A DNA stretch of 64,000 nt, taken from NCBI GenBank assembly GCA_947084915.1, contig CAMTUN010000030.1:17395-81394 (forward strand). Direction: 5' to 3'. The notes beneath the pieces were generated by a model. It saw only the letters and a list, made by a program, of their open reading frames with translations. It ran no database searches and was not told the origin of the DNA. Of the stretch, positions 1 through 11,730 are shown piece by piece. The position numbers and the translations under genes are program-made. Each line of letters begins with the position of its first letter. The first letter of the stretch is position 1. The DNA comes from an uncultured beta proteobacterium. Its GTDB lineage: Bacteria; Pseudomonadota; Gammaproteobacteria; Burkholderiales; Rhodocyclaceae.

Positions 1-1
1 C

Positions 2-310
2 CACGACGAGACCGGCTACAACGGCGCGCTCAAGCTGGATGTGACGGGCGCGCAGGTGCATGCCTTCGAAGCGAAGGTGAATATTCCGCGGCGTGGCGCC
101 TGCCGCTTCGATCTGAAGCATTTCCGCCAGACACGCGATCTGCCCGCCATCGAGCTCAGCCAGCTGAACGGGCACTGCATCGTGCGCATGTGGGAGCAGG
201 GCGAACGCGTCACGGTCGCCTTTCAGCAATGCGAGAAAATGTGCTCGGGCAGTTCGTACCCCTACCTCTGGCCCATCCTCAACGACCGGCGGGACGGCTC
301 CTGCGCCTGA
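2..310 (+). CDS. Hypothetical protein, 5'-partial (Cys-containing, probably exported)
   Basis: Frame is open from the window edge (HDETGYNGALKLDV...GSCA*), has host-like codon usage and precedes gatB. Confidence 0.7.
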   Translation, partial: HDETGYNGALKLDVTGAQVHAFEAKVNIPRRGACRFDLKHFRQTRDLPAIELSQLNGHCIVRMWEQGERVTVAFQQCEKMCSGSSYPYLWPILNDRRDGSCA

Positions 311-311
311 G

Positions 312-392
312 ATGAACCACCCCCGCGCTCACTTCGTTCGCTGCCCCCCGAGGGGGCGCTCAGCGCCCTTCGGGCGGCCGGACGGGCTCTGA
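312..392 (+). repeat. Operon-junction palindromic repeat (element A), 81 nt, ATGAAC...CTCTGA
   Basis: ATGAACCACCCCCGCGCTCACTTCGTTCGCTGCCCCCCGAGGGGGCGCTCAGCGCCCTTCGGGCGGCCGGACGGGCTCTGA; a homologous interrupted copy lies at 7610-7843 (-) and a partial inverted copy at ~58380-58419. Confidence 0.85.
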
Positions 393-411
393 GAGAAAAG
401 AAAAACACTTT

Positions 412-1899
<1,488 letters not shown>

Positions 1900-1923
<24 letters not shown>

Positions 1924-2568
1924 GATAGACAGCGCGATCAGCAACTGCGCCGCCCAGTAGGTCGCCAGCGTCAACGCACGCGCGGCGCGAAAGGGCCAGC
2001 GGAATCGGTCGATCGCCAGCACGGCATCCGACACGACGAAGAGTCCGGCGCCCATCGCGGCCGCCAGCGCCACCCCGCTGCCCAGAGCCAGCCAGCGCTC
2101 CGCTGCCTGGCTCGCCATGACGGCGATCACGATGACATAGATTGCCACCGGTCCGCGCAAGGCAGGCTTCAGGCCCGGCCAGATCAGCGCCACCACCCCG
2201 CCACCCGCGGCAAAATAAGGCAGCCAGAACAACGGTTCGGCAGCAAACGGCACCTCGATGCTGAAGGCCCATACGTAGCAGAGGTGGGCGACCAGGAAGC
2301 TCGCCAAACCAGCGACAAAGCGGTCTCGCGGCAGCATGAGGAAGACATCGCCGGCCGTCGAGAACAACAGACCTGCGGCGACCGCCCATTGATATTCCGG
2401 GCGGGCCGGCGGGAGGGATAACGCCAGCGCCAGAATCAGCAGCGTGGCAAGCGGCTTGAAGACGTAGACCGGCCAGCGCTTTTGTTCATCGAGATAGTGA
2501 GCCCGGATCGCCAGGGCGGCGACCAGTACGACGCATGCAACAAGAGCAATCAGGGCGCTGATCGGCAT
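1900..2568 (-). CDS. Lysoplasmalogenase (YhhN/TMEM86 family) membrane protein
   Basis: Motifs [32 protein letters not shown]; multi-TM. Confidence 0.88.
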
Positions 2569-2579
2569 CGACCCGGCAT

Positions 2580-3260
2580 TCAGCGTGGCCGGGCTTCGGC
2601 GCCGGCCGGCGCAGGGACTGGGGCTTCGCTGCGGCCCATCGCCCTCGTCTTTGTCAGCTCCATGTAGCGCACCTTCTCGTCTTCGTATCTGGCCTTGAGC
2701 GCCTCGATTTCCTTCAGCTTGCTATCGATGGCCGCCTGCTGCGCCTTCATATCGGTTTCGTTGTCGCGAATTTGCGCCTTCAGCTTCGGCGGCATGGGTT
2801 TTTTCTTGTAGAACTCCGCTTCGGCGTCGAGTTCCTCCTTCAACTTGGCCAGCTCGGCATGCTTGTCCTGCGAGGCCATGATGTTTTTCTGGACGTCGGC
2901 CACGGTGCGATCGCGCGCGCGGTCGATATCCTGCTCGTTCGAATACGTGGCAAGCAGCGCACGATCCCTGCGCTCCTGCTCCATCCGTTTGATCTCCTCT
3001 TCCTTGGCTTTTTTGGTCTCGGCCTCCTTGATGACGCGCTGCTCAGCGGTAAGTGGCGCGTCGATACGCTTGACTGTCACGCCTTGCGGATTTATCTCGC
3101 GATAGGCGCGGCCGTAGCATTGCTTCGGAAACACGTCGGAACATACCTGCCTGCCGTCGCTGTCGACGCAGCAATAGGTCATACGACCCTGCGACGCTGC
3201 CGGCGCCGGAAGCATCGCAACACCAATCAGCATCAAGGCCGAGCCAACCTTTAGCATCAT
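2580..3260 (-). CDS. Exported DUF4124-like coiled-coil protein
   Basis: Signal peptide, [15 protein letters not shown]-terminal domain, DRALLATY motif; start overlaps the pyrE stop (ATGA). Confidence 0.75.
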   Translation of the reverse strand: MMLKVGSALMLIGVAMLPAPAASQGRMTYCCVDSDGRQVCSDVFPKQCYGRAYREINPQGVTVKRIDAPLTAEQRVIKEAETKKAKEEEIKRMEQERRDRALLATYSNEQDIDRARDRTVADVQKNIMASQDKHAELAKLKEELDAEAEFYKKKPMPPKLKAQIRDNETDMKAQQAAIDSKLKEIEALKARYEDEKVRYMELTKTRAMGRSEAPVPAPAGAEARPR

Positions 3261-3898
3261 TTTTTTATCCCGTATTGTTGTCGGTATTGGGTGACCGCAC
3301 GCAAATTCTGCGCCAGTTCCGGCCGTCCACCCAGAAAAGCCAGCAAATCATCCAGCGTCGCCACCGCCACGACCGGCATGGCATACGCCTGCTGCACTTC
3401 CTGCACGGCGGACAATTCGCCCTGGCCGCGCTCCATACGGTCTAGCGCAATAACGACGCCGCAGGGGGTGGCGCCGGCGGCACGAATCAATTCCACCGAC
3501 TCGCGTACCGAGGTGCCGGCCGATATCACATCGTCGACAATCAGCACCCGTCCGGCAGGAGGTGCACCGATCAGCGTACCCCCTTCTCCGTGGTCCTTGA
3601 CTTCCTTCCGGTTGAAGCAATAGGGCAGATTGCGCCCTTTTTGAGCCAGGGCGATGGCCGTTCCGGCCACCAGCGGGATGCCCTTGTAGGCTGGCCCGAA
3701 CAACATGTCGCATGACAGCTTTGAGTCGAGTATGGTTCGGGCGTAGAACTCTGACAGCCGGTTGAGCGAGAGGCCGTTGTTGAACAATCCTGCATTGAAG
3801 AAGTACGGGCTCAGTCGGCCTGCCTTGGTCTTGAACTCACCGAAGCGCAAGACACCTGTCTCGACCGCAAATGCAATGAACTCACCGCTACAATCCAT
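3257..3898 (-). CDS. pyrE: Orotate phosphoribosyltransferase
   Basis: [43 protein letters not shown] motif [13 protein letters not shown]; start placed at MDCSGEF. Confidence 0.97.
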   Translation of the reverse strand: MDCSGEFIAFAVETGVLRFGEFKTKAGRLSPYFFNAGLFNNGLSLNRLSEFYARTILDSKLSCDMLFGPAYKGIPLVAGTAIALAQKGRNLPYCFNRKEVKDHGEGGTLIGAPPAGRVLIVDDVISAGTSVRESVELIRAAGATPCGVVIALDRMERGQGELSAVQEVQQAYAMPVVAVATLDDLLAFLGGRPELAQNLRAVTQYRQQYGIKK

Positions 3899-3921
3899 AT
3901 TCCCGCCCGGACAACCCGACA

Positions 3922-4707
3922 ATGCTACGTATCATAACCCTGAACCTGAACGGCATCCGCTCAGCCGACCGCAAGGGCTTCTTCGAATGGCTGCGGCAGC
4001 AGAATGCCGACATCGTCTGCCTGCAGGAACTCAAGGCCCAGGTCGGCGACATGACGTGCGACTTCCTCAATCCCGCGGGTTACTTCGGCTATTTCCATTA
4101 CGCCGAAAAGAAGGGCTACAGCGGGGTCGGCCTGTACAGCCGGCGCCAGCCCGAGCAGGTCATCGAAGGTTTCGGCGTACCCGAGTTCGATGCCGAAGGG
4201 CGCTACCTCGAGGCCGTATTCGGCAAGCTGTCCGTAGTTTCCGTCTACCTGCCATCCGGCTCCTCCTCACCTGAGCGGCAGGAGGCGAAATTCCGTTTCC
4301 TCGGGAAATTCCGGCCGCACCTGGAACTACTCGGGCGTTCCGGCCGCGAAATCCTGCTGTGCGGCGACTGGAATATCGCCCACCGGGAAATCGACCTGAA
4401 GAACTGGAAAGGCAATCTGAAGAACTCCGGCTTCCTGCCCGAGGAGCGTGCCTGGATCGGCAGTGTTTTCGACCAGGGCGGCTTCGTCGATGCTTACCGG
4501 CGTCTGCACCCGGAGATCGAGGGCGAGGCCTACACCTGGTGGTCCAATCGGGGCCAGGCCAGGGCGAAGAACGTCGGCTGGCGCATCGACTACCAGATCG
4601 CCACGCCCGGCCTGGCCGCTACCGCGTGCCATGCGTCGGTCTACAAGGAAAAATGGTTCTCCGACCACGCTCCCCTGACCATCGGCTATGATTATGAACT
4701 CGGTTGA
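3922..4707 (+). CDS. xth: Exodeoxyribonuclease III (AP endonuclease)
   Basis: [38 protein letters not shown]; divergent from pyrE. Confidence 0.95.
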   Translation: MLRIITLNLNGIRSADRKGFFEWLRQQNADIVCLQELKAQVGDMTCDFLNPAGYFGYFHYAEKKGYSGVGLYSRRQPEQVIEGFGVPEFDAEGRYLEAVFGKLSVVSVYLPSGSSSPERQEAKFRFLGKFRPHLELLGRSGREILLCGDWNIAHREIDLKNWKGNLKNSGFLPEERAWIGSVFDQGGFVDAYRRLHPEIEGEAYTWWSNRGQARAKNVGWRIDYQIATPGLAATACHASVYKEKWFSDHAPLTIGYDYELG

Positions 4708-4782
4708 ATGGCATATTTGCCATCGATCGGGAAAGCCGGTAGCCTTCAAGCCGAATAATCCCCCTTCATCCGGAGTAATGCC

Positions 4783-5094
4783 ATGTCTGAAATGACCGAA
4801 GCAAGCAAGGAAAAACTCATCGCCGATTTCAGGATCGTCGTCGCCGACGCCGAAGAGTTGCTCAAGGCCACCGCCGGGCAGGCCGGCGAAAAAATGGCCG
4901 ACCTGCGCGCCAAGTTGCAGGACAATCTGAACCGCGCACGCCACAGTCTGGCGGAGGCGCAAGCTGCCGTCGCGGAAAAAACCCGGCTTGTCGCACGCGC
5001 AACCGACGACTACGTTCACGACAATCCGTGGCGCTCGATCGGCATCGCCGCCGGCATCGGCCTGCTCATCGGCCTGCTCATCGGCCGCCGCTGA
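4783..5094 (+). CDS. DUF883 (ElaB/YqjD family) membrane-anchored ribosome-binding protein
   Basis: DDYVHDNPWRSIGIAAGIGLLIGLLIGRR C-terminus. Confidence 0.92.
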   Translation: MSEMTEASKEKLIADFRIVVADAEELLKATAGQAGEKMADLRAKLQDNLNRARHSLAEAQAAVAEKTRLVARATDDYVHDNPWRSIGIAAGIGLLIGLLIGRR

Positions 5095-5107
5095 TCCCCG
5101 CCTGAGC

Positions 5108-5515
5108 ATGCAGCACGCCCCTGGCAACTCGGGCAGCGGCGTGGGTGCGCGCCTGCGCAGCTACGCTGCCGACGCGATCGGCATCCTGCAGACGCGCCTG
5201 GAACTTCTCGCCACCGAGATCGCGGAGGAAAAGCTGCGCCTCGGCTCGTTTCTCGGTTATGCCGCCGTGGCATTCTTTTTCCTCGGCTTCGGCGCCGTCA
5301 TGCTGGCACTGCTCCTCACCGTGCTGCTGTGGGACAGCCACCGCCTGCTGGCGCTGGGCATGTTCACGGCCTTGTTCCTGGCCATCGGCATCATCGCGGC
5401 CCTGGTTGCCGCACGCCATCGAAGGCAGGCCTCGCGCCTGTTCGCCGCCAGCATTTCCGAGCTGGAACAGGATCGCGACATGATCCGGCCGGACAATGAA
5501 TCCCAGAGTCGTTGA
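5108..5515 (+). CDS. YqjE-like (phage-holin-family) membrane protein
   Basis: TRLELLATEIAEEK, two TMs, FAASISELEQD; yqjD-yqjE-yqjK order. Confidence 0.88.
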   Translation: MQHAPGNSGSGVGARLRSYAADAIGILQTRLELLATEIAEEKLRLGSFLGYAAVAFFFLGFGAVMLALLLTVLLWDSHRLLALGMFTALFLAIGIIAALVAARHRRQASRLFAASISELEQDRDMIRPDNESQSR

Positions 5516-5798
5516 ACTCGCCCTGAAGAAGCAGCGGCTCCAGTTGCAGGCGGCGGCTCAGCGCGTGCGCATCCTGCACGCCATCGAATCGGTATCACCC
5601 GCCTTTGGCGCCGCCGACAAGGTGCAAGCGGCGGTGCGTTGGGCCAAGGCGCATCCCGAGATGATCGTCGGAGCCGGCGTCACGCTTTTGGTGGTCCGCC
5701 CGCGCGCGCTCTTCCGCTGGGCCAAGCGCGGTTTCTTCATTTGGGAGGGCCTGCGCCGTGTGCGCGGCGGCATAGATTCCCTGATTGCATCACGCTGA
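5496..5798 (+). CDS. YqjK-like protein
   Basis: LKKQRLQLQAAAQR N-terminus; third gene of the yqjDEK-like cluster. Confidence 0.8.
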   Translation: MNPRVVELALKKQRLQLQAAAQRVRILHAIESVSPAFGAADKVQAAVRWAKAHPEMIVGAGVTLLVVRPRALFRWAKRGFFIWEGLRRVRGGIDSLIASR

Positions 5799-5802
5799 AG
5801 CG

Positions 5803-6150
5803 ATGCCCAAGCGCCTAAGCCGCGAAGACGGGCAGCACATCGCGCACGCTGCGGCGGCAGCGCATCAACCCAAGCCCGCGCTGGTTCGCAAGATTCTGGA
5901 AGCCCAGCAGCGCGAACGGGTATTCGTGGTGCAGGAAGTACTGAAAGTGAAGGGCCTGATGCCGCTACTGATGAAGCAGCGCAACGGCCTCAGGTGGTCT
6001 TCCGCCGAACGCCGCGAACTGATCGAGACCATGCGCGCATTCTCCAACCTCTCGCCCTATCTCGTCACGCTCGCTCTTCCCGGCTCCGTGCTGATCCTGC
6101 CGATGCTCGCCTGGTGGCTGGACCGCCGGCGCGGCAAGCGCGGGCACTAA
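5803..6150 (+). CDS. Hypothetical membrane-associated protein
   Basis: GLMPLLMKQRNG...PGSVLILPMLAWWLDRRR; co-oriented with the cluster; start uncertain. Confidence 0.7.
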   Translation: MPKRLSREDGQHIAHAAAAAHQPKPALVRKILEAQQRERVFVVQEVLKVKGLMPLLMKQRNGLRWSSAERRELIETMRAFSNLSPYLVTLALPGSVLILPMLAWWLDRRRGKRGH

Positions 6151-7613
6151 ATTTTCGTCTCTGCCACCTCGCGCTGATCCTGCGCTGCCAGCATTCTTTT
6201 CACCCACGGCAGCAACAGGTAGGCCGGAAAGGCCAGGAAGAAGGTCAGCAGGAAATACGGTGCATAGCCCAGGGCCTGCGCGCCGAGGCCGCCGGCCCAG
6301 CCCGCCACCGAACGCGATGCGGCGAAGACCGAAGAGAGCAAGGCATACTCGGCGGCGCTGTGCTCGCGCCGCACGATGGCCATGAGGAAGGCGAGAAACG
6401 CCGCCGTGCCGAGCCCGCCGGTGAAGGATTCCAGCGCACTGGCGGCGTAGATCAGCGCCCGGTGCTCCGGCAGGGGTACGCCGGCCAGCGGGATGATCCA
6501 GGCCGCCAGGGCGTAGCCGAGATTCGAGACGGCCTGCGCCAGTCCGAGCACCCACAGGGCCTTGAAGATGCCGGCGCGGTCGGCGTACCAGCCGCCGGTG
6601 AGCCCGCCCGCAATCGACAGCGCCAGGCCGATATTCACCGATACCAGACCGATTTCCGTGGCGGAAAAACCGGCATCCACCCAGAACGGCTTCACCATGA
6701 ACCCCATCGAGGCATCGGCCAGCTTGAAGATGAGGATAAAGCCGAGCACCGGCAGAATGCCCGGCCGCTGCATCATGTCAGCGAGTGCGCCGAAGAGGGC
6801 GCCGGCCGGTACTTCGCCGACCGGCATCGGTTCGCGCCGCTTTCCGGCAAGGCGCAGCAAGCCGTAGAGCGCCGCCGAGGCTGCAGCGATGGCCGGCCAC
6901 AGCCAGGGCCAGCGGCCGGACAGGCGCAGGGCGCCATCCGCCAGCCAGAGAGTGCCCAGGAAGATCACGACGAGCACCGCAGCACCGTGCGGCTGCGCCA
7001 GAAACCCCCTGAATTCCCGACTGAATCCCGCCGATGCCGGCCGCACGCGATCCTGTTCGCGCGGCGCCAGCAGGCTGGCCGTCGCGCAGGCTGCGAAAAT
7101 TCCTGCGGCGCAGAGGAACGCGCCCGACCAGCCGAGCAGATCGGATGCCATCAGCACCACGCCCGAAGCAATCATGCCGGCACGGTAGAAACCGATGCGC
7201 AGGCCGTTGCCGCGCCCCATCTCGTCCCGGCGCAGCAACTCGATGGTGTAGGCGTCGATGGCGATGTCGTTGGTGGCCGAGAGCACGGCAAAAACCGCGA
7301 TGGCCGCCCACACCCAGTACGGCAGGCCGGCAGAGGCGGCGAAGGCGATCATCACGACGCCCATGGCCAGGTCGGCGGCAGCCATCCAGCGCCGGTGATG
7401 TCGGTAATGATCCACTGCCGGCGCCCAGAGAAACTTCAGCGTCCAGGCGAGGCCAAGCAGGGAAAGGGCGCCGATGCTGCGCAGATCGACGCCCTGCTGG
7501 CGAAAGTAGACGGGGAAAATCTCGTAGAACACGCCGAGCGGGAAGCCTTCGGCGAAATACAGCACCGCGACCCAGAAGAACTTCGACCGCAAGAGGAGGC
7601 CGCGCTCCTTCAA
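6147..7613 (-). CDS. ampG: AmpG-family MFS muropeptide permease
   Basis: LYFAEGFP, WTLKFLWAP, SATNDIAIDAY, YALLSS; TTG start uncertain (7613 or 7592). Confidence 0.85.
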   Translation of the reverse strand: MKERGLLLRSKFFWVAVLYFAEGFPLGVFYEIFPVYFRQQGVDLRSIGALSLLGLAWTLKFLWAPAVDHYRHHRRWMAAADLAMGVVMIAFAASAGLPYWVWAAIAVFAVLSATNDIAIDAYTIELLRRDEMGRGNGLRIGFYRAGMIASGVVLMASDLLGWSGAFLCAAGIFAACATASLLAPREQDRVRPASAGFSREFRGFLAQPHGAAVLVVIFLGTLWLADGALRLSGRWPWLWPAIAAASAALYGLLRLAGKRREPMPVGEVPAGALFGALADMMQRPGILPVLGFILIFKLADASMGFMVKPFWVDAGFSATEIGLVSVNIGLALSIAGGLTGGWYADRAGIFKALWVLGLAQAVSNLGYALAAWIIPLAGVPLPEHRALIYAASALESFTGGLGTAAFLAFLMAIVRREHSAAEYALLSSVFAASRSVAGWAGGLGAQALGYAPYFLLTFFLAFPAYLLLPWVKRMLAAQDQREVAETKI

Positions 7614-7843
7614 CTTAGTGCCCGCCCGGCCGCGCCCCGAAGGAAGAACCCTTGGGGTGCCCGAAGGGCACTAAGCGCCCCGATCCCTCTCTCTCGATCT
7701 CTCTCCCGCGCCCCGCAGGAAGTACCCTTGGGGTGCAAGCGGGAGAGAGAAGACATCTGCCTCCCCTCTCCCGCGAGCGGGAGAGGGGTCGGGGGAGAGG
7801 GCTGGGGGGGCAGCGAACGAAGTGCGCGTGGAGGCCCGTTCAT
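7610..7843 (-). repeat. Nested composite repeat: element A interrupted by REP-like element B (7685-7801) and two 27-nt element C copies
   Basis: Outer arms match 312-392; the inner doublet matches 28083-28173; C copies at 7632-7660 and 7708-7736. Confidence 0.85.
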
Positions 7844-7845
7844 CT

Positions 7846-8442
7846 TCAGCCTCCCCGGCCAAGCCGGTAGGCGGCGATGCTGGCGTTCAGGTTCGGCTCC
7901 TCGGTAACCACCTGCTCACCGTCGAAAGCCAGGCGTTCGCGGATGACAATGTCACGTTCCGCGCACAACGCCTCGAAATCCGCCATGGTGAAGAAACGCA
8001 CATTGGGCGTGTTGTACCACTGGTAGGGCAGAATTTTCGACACCGGCATGCGGCCCCCGGCGATCGCCTCGCGATGGCTGCGGTGACCGAAATTAGGAAA
8101 GCTCACCACCGCTTCGCGTCCCACTCGCAGCATCTCGGCCAGCATTTGTTCGGTATGGCGCACCGTCTGCAGCGACAGCGACATCACGACGTGATCGAAA
8201 AAACCATCCTCGAAGCCGGAAAGCCCCGCTTCCAGGTTGATCTGGACGACGTTCACGCCGTTCTTGATGCAGGCGAGCACGTTATCCGGGTCATTGTCCA
8301 CGCCGTAGCCACGCACGCCCTTTTCGTCCTTCAGGTAACGCAGGAGGCTGCCGTCGCCGCATCCCAAGTCAAGCACCTTCTCGCCCGGCCGGATCCAGTC
8401 GGCCATGATGTTGAAGTCGAAGCGGCCCTGAACATTTGTCAT
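7846..8442 (-). CDS. metW: Methionine biosynthesis protein MetW
   Basis: [12 protein letters not shown] motif, [19 protein letters not shown]; follows metX. Confidence 0.95.
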   Translation of the reverse strand: MTNVQGRFDFNIMADWIRPGEKVLDLGCGDGSLLRYLKDEKGVRGYGVDNDPDNVLACIKNGVNVVQINLEAGLSGFEDGFFDHVVMSLSLQTVRHTEQMLAEMLRVGREAVVSFPNFGHRSHREAIAGGRMPVSKILPYQWYNTPNVRFFTMADFEALCAERDIVIRERLAFDGEQVVTEEPNLNASIAAYRLGRGG

Positions 8443-9569
8443 AGCCGGATCCCTTCGAAATACGCCCGCAGCACGGCATGGTAGTGCGGATCATCGAGCA
8501 GGAAGGAATCGTGACCGGCGCTGCTCTCGATCTCGGCATAGCTCGCATCCAGGCTGTTGTGCACCAAGCCGTAGACAATCTCGCGCGAGCGCTCCGGCGC
8601 GAAGCGCCAGTCTGTCGAGAAGGAGACGACGAGGAATTTTGCCTTGGCACGGGCCAGGGCTGCCGGCAGATCGCCGCCGTAGCTGCCCGCCGGATCGAAG
8701 TAATCGAGCGCCTTGGTAGCGATAAGGTAGGTATTGGCATCGAAGAATCCGGCGAACTTGTCACCCTGGTAGCGCAGGTAGGACTCGATCTCGAAGTCCA
8801 CGTCGTAATTGAACTGTAGTGCCTCCCGGCGCAGTTTGCGGCCGAATTTCTCGGCCATCTGGTCGTCCGACAGATAGGTGATATGCCCGAGCATGCGCGC
8901 CAGCCGCAGGCCGCGTGCCGGCACAACGCCATGCTCGAAATAATGTCCGCCGTGGAAGTCCGGGTCGGTCAGGATAGCCTGGCGTGCCACTTCGTTGAAG
9001 GCGATGTTCTGTGCCGTCAGCTTGGATGCCGCCGCAATGACCAGGGCATGGCGGATTCGCTCCGGATAAGCCAGCGTCCATTGCATCGCCTGCATGCCGC
9101 CCAAACTGCCACCGATTACCGCCGCCCAGGACTCGATGCCGAGGTGATCGGCCAGACGGGCCTGAGACGCCACGCAGTCCTCGACGACAATCACTGGAAA
9201 ATCGGCGCCCCAGGGCTTGCCGGTGGCCGGATTGATCGTCACCGGACCGGTCGAGCCGTAACAGCCGCCGAGATTGTTGACACCGACGACGAAGAACTTG
9301 CGCGTGTCGAGCGGCTTGCCGGGGCCGACCAGGTTGTCCCACCAGCCGATGTTCATCGGGTTGTCCGCATGCCAGCCGGCGACATGGTGATTGCCCGACA
9401 GGGCATGGCAAACCAGTACCGCATTCGAACGGGATGCGTTCAGCTCTCCGTAGGTCTCGTAGACCAGGTCGAATGAGGACAGCACCGCGCCCCCCGTCAG
9501 GGTGAGCGGGGTGTCAAAATGGGCGCGCTGTGGCTGCGCCAAACCTACACTGTTCGTTGTCTCGTGCAT
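8439..9569 (-). CDS. metX: Homoserine O-acetyl/succinyltransferase MetX
   Basis: [17 protein letters not shown] nucleophile elbow, GHDSFLL; start at MHETT. Confidence 0.96.
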   Translation of the reverse strand: MHETTNSVGLAQPQRAHFDTPLTLTGGAVLSSFDLVYETYGELNASRSNAVLVCHALSGNHHVAGWHADNPMNIGWWDNLVGPGKPLDTRKFFVVGVNNLGGCYGSTGPVTINPATGKPWGADFPVIVVEDCVASQARLADHLGIESWAAVIGGSLGGMQAMQWTLAYPERIRHALVIAAASKLTAQNIAFNEVARQAILTDPDFHGGHYFEHGVVPARGLRLARMLGHITYLSDDQMAEKFGRKLRREALQFNYDVDFEIESYLRYQGDKFAGFFDANTYLIATKALDYFDPAGSYGGDLPAALARAKAKFLVVSFSTDWRFAPERSREIVYGLVHNSLDASYAEIESSAGHDSFLLDDPHYHAVLRAYFEGIRL

Positions 9570-9574
9570 GCAAT

Positions 9575-9615
9575 AAAAAACCCAGTCGGCTCGAAGCAGC
9601 AAAGCGGGACTGGGT
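9575..9615 (-). terminator. Intrinsic terminator of the metX leader
   Basis: ACCCAGTC...GACTGGGT stem followed by a U-tract, just upstream of the metX ATG. Confidence 0.75.
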
Positions 9616-9620
9616 GATCG

Positions 9621-9680
9621 CCCTCGCTTTAGCCGTATTTTTTAAGCGCCCGCAAGCTGATGACTGTCAAATCGGCGCTG
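9621..9680 (-). ncRNA. SAM-II riboswitch (metX leader)
   Basis: GCGCCGATTTGA...GCTTGCGGGCGC..AAAT..GCTAAAGCGAG fits the SAM-II pseudoknot pattern; a paralog lies upstream of metH. Confidence 0.85.
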
Positions 9681-9687
9681 TGAGGCA

Positions 9688-9716
9688 AAGTTACCTCGGC
9701 GGGCAACGAATGTCAA
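9688..9716 (-). promoter_or_regulatory. Sigma70 promoter of metX
   Basis: TTGACA-N17-TAACTT directly upstream of the riboswitch. Confidence 0.7.
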
Positions 9717-9739
9717 TTCGCACGGGTTCCCGTCTTTGC

Positions 9740-11464
9740 TTATGCGGCATTCAGCCGCTCCAGGTGCTGGCGCAGCTTCACCGGATCGTCGGTGTTGAGC
9801 AGGCGGGTCACCTTGCGACGCAGATCGGCAAGATTGCTGCGCAGCACTTCCCGCTTTACCTCGAGGATCTGCGCCGGATGCATGGAGAACTGGCGCAAGC
9901 CCATGCCCAGAAGCAGGCGCGTCAGCGTCGGATCGCCCGCCATTTCGCCGCATACCGCCACCGGCAGATCGGCGCGCTCACCCGCCTGGATGGTATGGGC
10001 GATCAGGCGCAGCACCGCTGGATGCAGCGGATCGTAAAGATGGGCCACCGCCTCGTCCGTGCGATCGATGGCCAGGGTGTACTGGATGAGGTCGTTGGTG
10101 CCGATCGACAGGAAGTCCAGCTTCTCCAGGAACACGCCCAGCGCCAGTGCGGCGGCGGGAATCTCGATCATGCCGCCAACCTCGGTGCCTTCATCGAAAG
10201 GTTGCCCGCTGCAACGCAACTGCTCTTTGGCCTGGGCGATCAGGGCCAGCGTCTGTTCGATCTCGTGCGCATGCGCCAGCATCGGTACGAGCATCTTGAC
10301 CCGTCCGTAGTGCGAAGCGCGCAGGAGGGCGCGCAGCTGCGTGAGAAACAGTTGCGGCTCGGCCAGGCAGTAGCGAATGGCGCGCTGCCCCAGCGCCGGA
10401 TTGGCCTCGGTACGCTCGACGCCGCGCAGATTCTTGTCGGCGCCGAGGTCCAGGGTTCGGATGACGACCGGGCGGCCGCCCATGGCCTCCGCCACGCTGC
10501 GATAGGCCACGAACTGCTCCTCCTCGCCGGGTACGCTATCGCGGTTAAGGAAAAGGAATTCCGTGCGGAAGAGTCCGACGCCGGCTGCATCGACCGCCTT
10601 GACCTGCCCGATGTCGCCCGGCAGTTCGATGTTGGCGGCCAGTTCGATCTCGACACCATCGAGGGTGACCGCAGGCGATTTTTTCAGGCGCTTGAGCTTG
10701 GTGCGTTCCAGTTCAAGCGCACTGCGGCGCAGGCGGTATTCCTCCAGCACGCGCGCATCGGGGTCGACGATCAGCACACCGCGCGTACCGTCGACGATGA
10801 GCACGTCGTCCTCGCGGATGAGATGGCGCGCGTGATGCAATCCGACCACAGCCGGAATGGCCAGGCTGCGTGCGACGATGGAAGTATGCGAGGTGGCGCC
10901 GCCTAAATCGGTGACGAAGCCCCCGATCTTGAGCTGCTTGAACTGCAGCGTGTCGGCCGGCGACAGATCGTGGGCGACGACGATGAGGTGCTCGCCCCGG
11001 GCGTGTTTCGGCGGATGCCCGGGGTGGCCCATGAGGACCTTCAGCAGACGTTCGACCACCTGCACGATGTCGGCCTTGCGTTCGCGCAGGTACTCGTCCT
11101 CGATCTTGTCGAACTGCTCACCGACTTGCTCCAGCTGCTGCACCAACGCCCACTCCGCGTTGCAGCGCCGTTCGCGGATGAGCTGGCGCGTCGCATCGAT
11201 CAACATGGGATCGGCCAGCAGCATGTGGTGCAGATCGATGAAGGCGGTCAGTTCGGCCGGGGCGCCGGGATCGGTGCCGGCCATCAGGGCATCCAGCTCG
11301 GCCTGCACCTTGGCCACGGCCTGTTCGAAGCGCGTGATTTCCTCGTCGACGAAACGAACGGGCAAAACGTAATGTTCGACCTCGAGCGTCGCATGCGACA
11401 CCAGGTGGGCATGGCCGATGGCAATGCCGTTGGAAACGGCCAGGCCGTGCAGGGTGAAGCTCAC
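9740..11464 (-). CDS. ptsI: PTS enzyme I (PEP-protein phosphotransferase)
   Basis: GGATSHTSIVARS phospho-His, GLFRTEFLF, SIGTNDLIQY, VCGEMAGD. Confidence 0.96.
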   Translation of the reverse strand: MSFTLHGLAVSNGIAIGHAHLVSHATLEVEHYVLPVRFVDEEITRFEQAVAKVQAELDALMAGTDPGAPAELTAFIDLHHMLLADPMLIDATRQLIRERRCNAEWALVQQLEQVGEQFDKIEDEYLRERKADIVQVVERLLKVLMGHPGHPPKHARGEHLIVVAHDLSPADTLQFKQLKIGGFVTDLGGATSHTSIVARSLAIPAVVGLHHARHLIREDDVLIVDGTRGVLIVDPDARVLEEYRLRRSALELERTKLKRLKKSPAVTLDGVEIELAANIELPGDIGQVKAVDAAGVGLFRTEFLFLNRDSVPGEEEQFVAYRSVAEAMGGRPVVIRTLDLGADKNLRGVERTEANPALGQRAIRYCLAEPQLFLTQLRALLRASHYGRVKMLVPMLAHAHEIEQTLALIAQAKEQLRCSGQPFDEGTEVGGMIEIPAAALALGVFLEKLDFLSIGTNDLIQYTLAIDRTDEAVAHLYDPLHPAVLRLIAHTIQAGERADLPVAVCGEMAGDPTLTRLLLGMGLRQFSMHPAQILEVKREVLRSNLADLRRKVTRLLNTDDPVKLRQHLERLNAA

Positions 11465-11730
11465 TCCCCTTCTCCGAACTTGTCCGAGATCAGTTTCAGG
11501 ATGGCCTGCAGTGCGGCGTCCCCATCGACGCCCTCCGTCTCGACGATCACCTTGGCGCCCTTGCCCGCAGCCAGCATCATGACGCCCATGATGCTCTTGG
11601 CGTTGACGCGGCGGCCGTTGCGCTCGAGCCAGACCTCGCTGGTATAGGTCGTCGCGGCCTGGGTGAGTTTCGCCGAGGCGCGCGCGTGCAATCCGAGCTT
11701 GTTGATGATTTCGACCTCAGCCCGGGGCAT
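11461..11730 (-). CDS. ptsH: Phosphocarrier protein HPr
   Basis: GLHARASAK, NAKSIMGVMML. Confidence 0.95.
   Translation of the reverse strand: MPRAEVEIINKLGLHARASAKLTQAATTYTSEVWLERNGRRVNAKSIMGVMMLAAGKGAKVIVETEGVDGDAALQAILKLISDKFGEGE

Noticed and set aside
5108-5515. Prophage holin
   Set aside because: Housekeeping yqjD-yqjE-yqjK context; no phage genes nearby
7610-7843. 77-aa ORF as a genuine protein-coding gene
   Set aside because: Entirely composed of repeat elements; reported as a repeat composite instead
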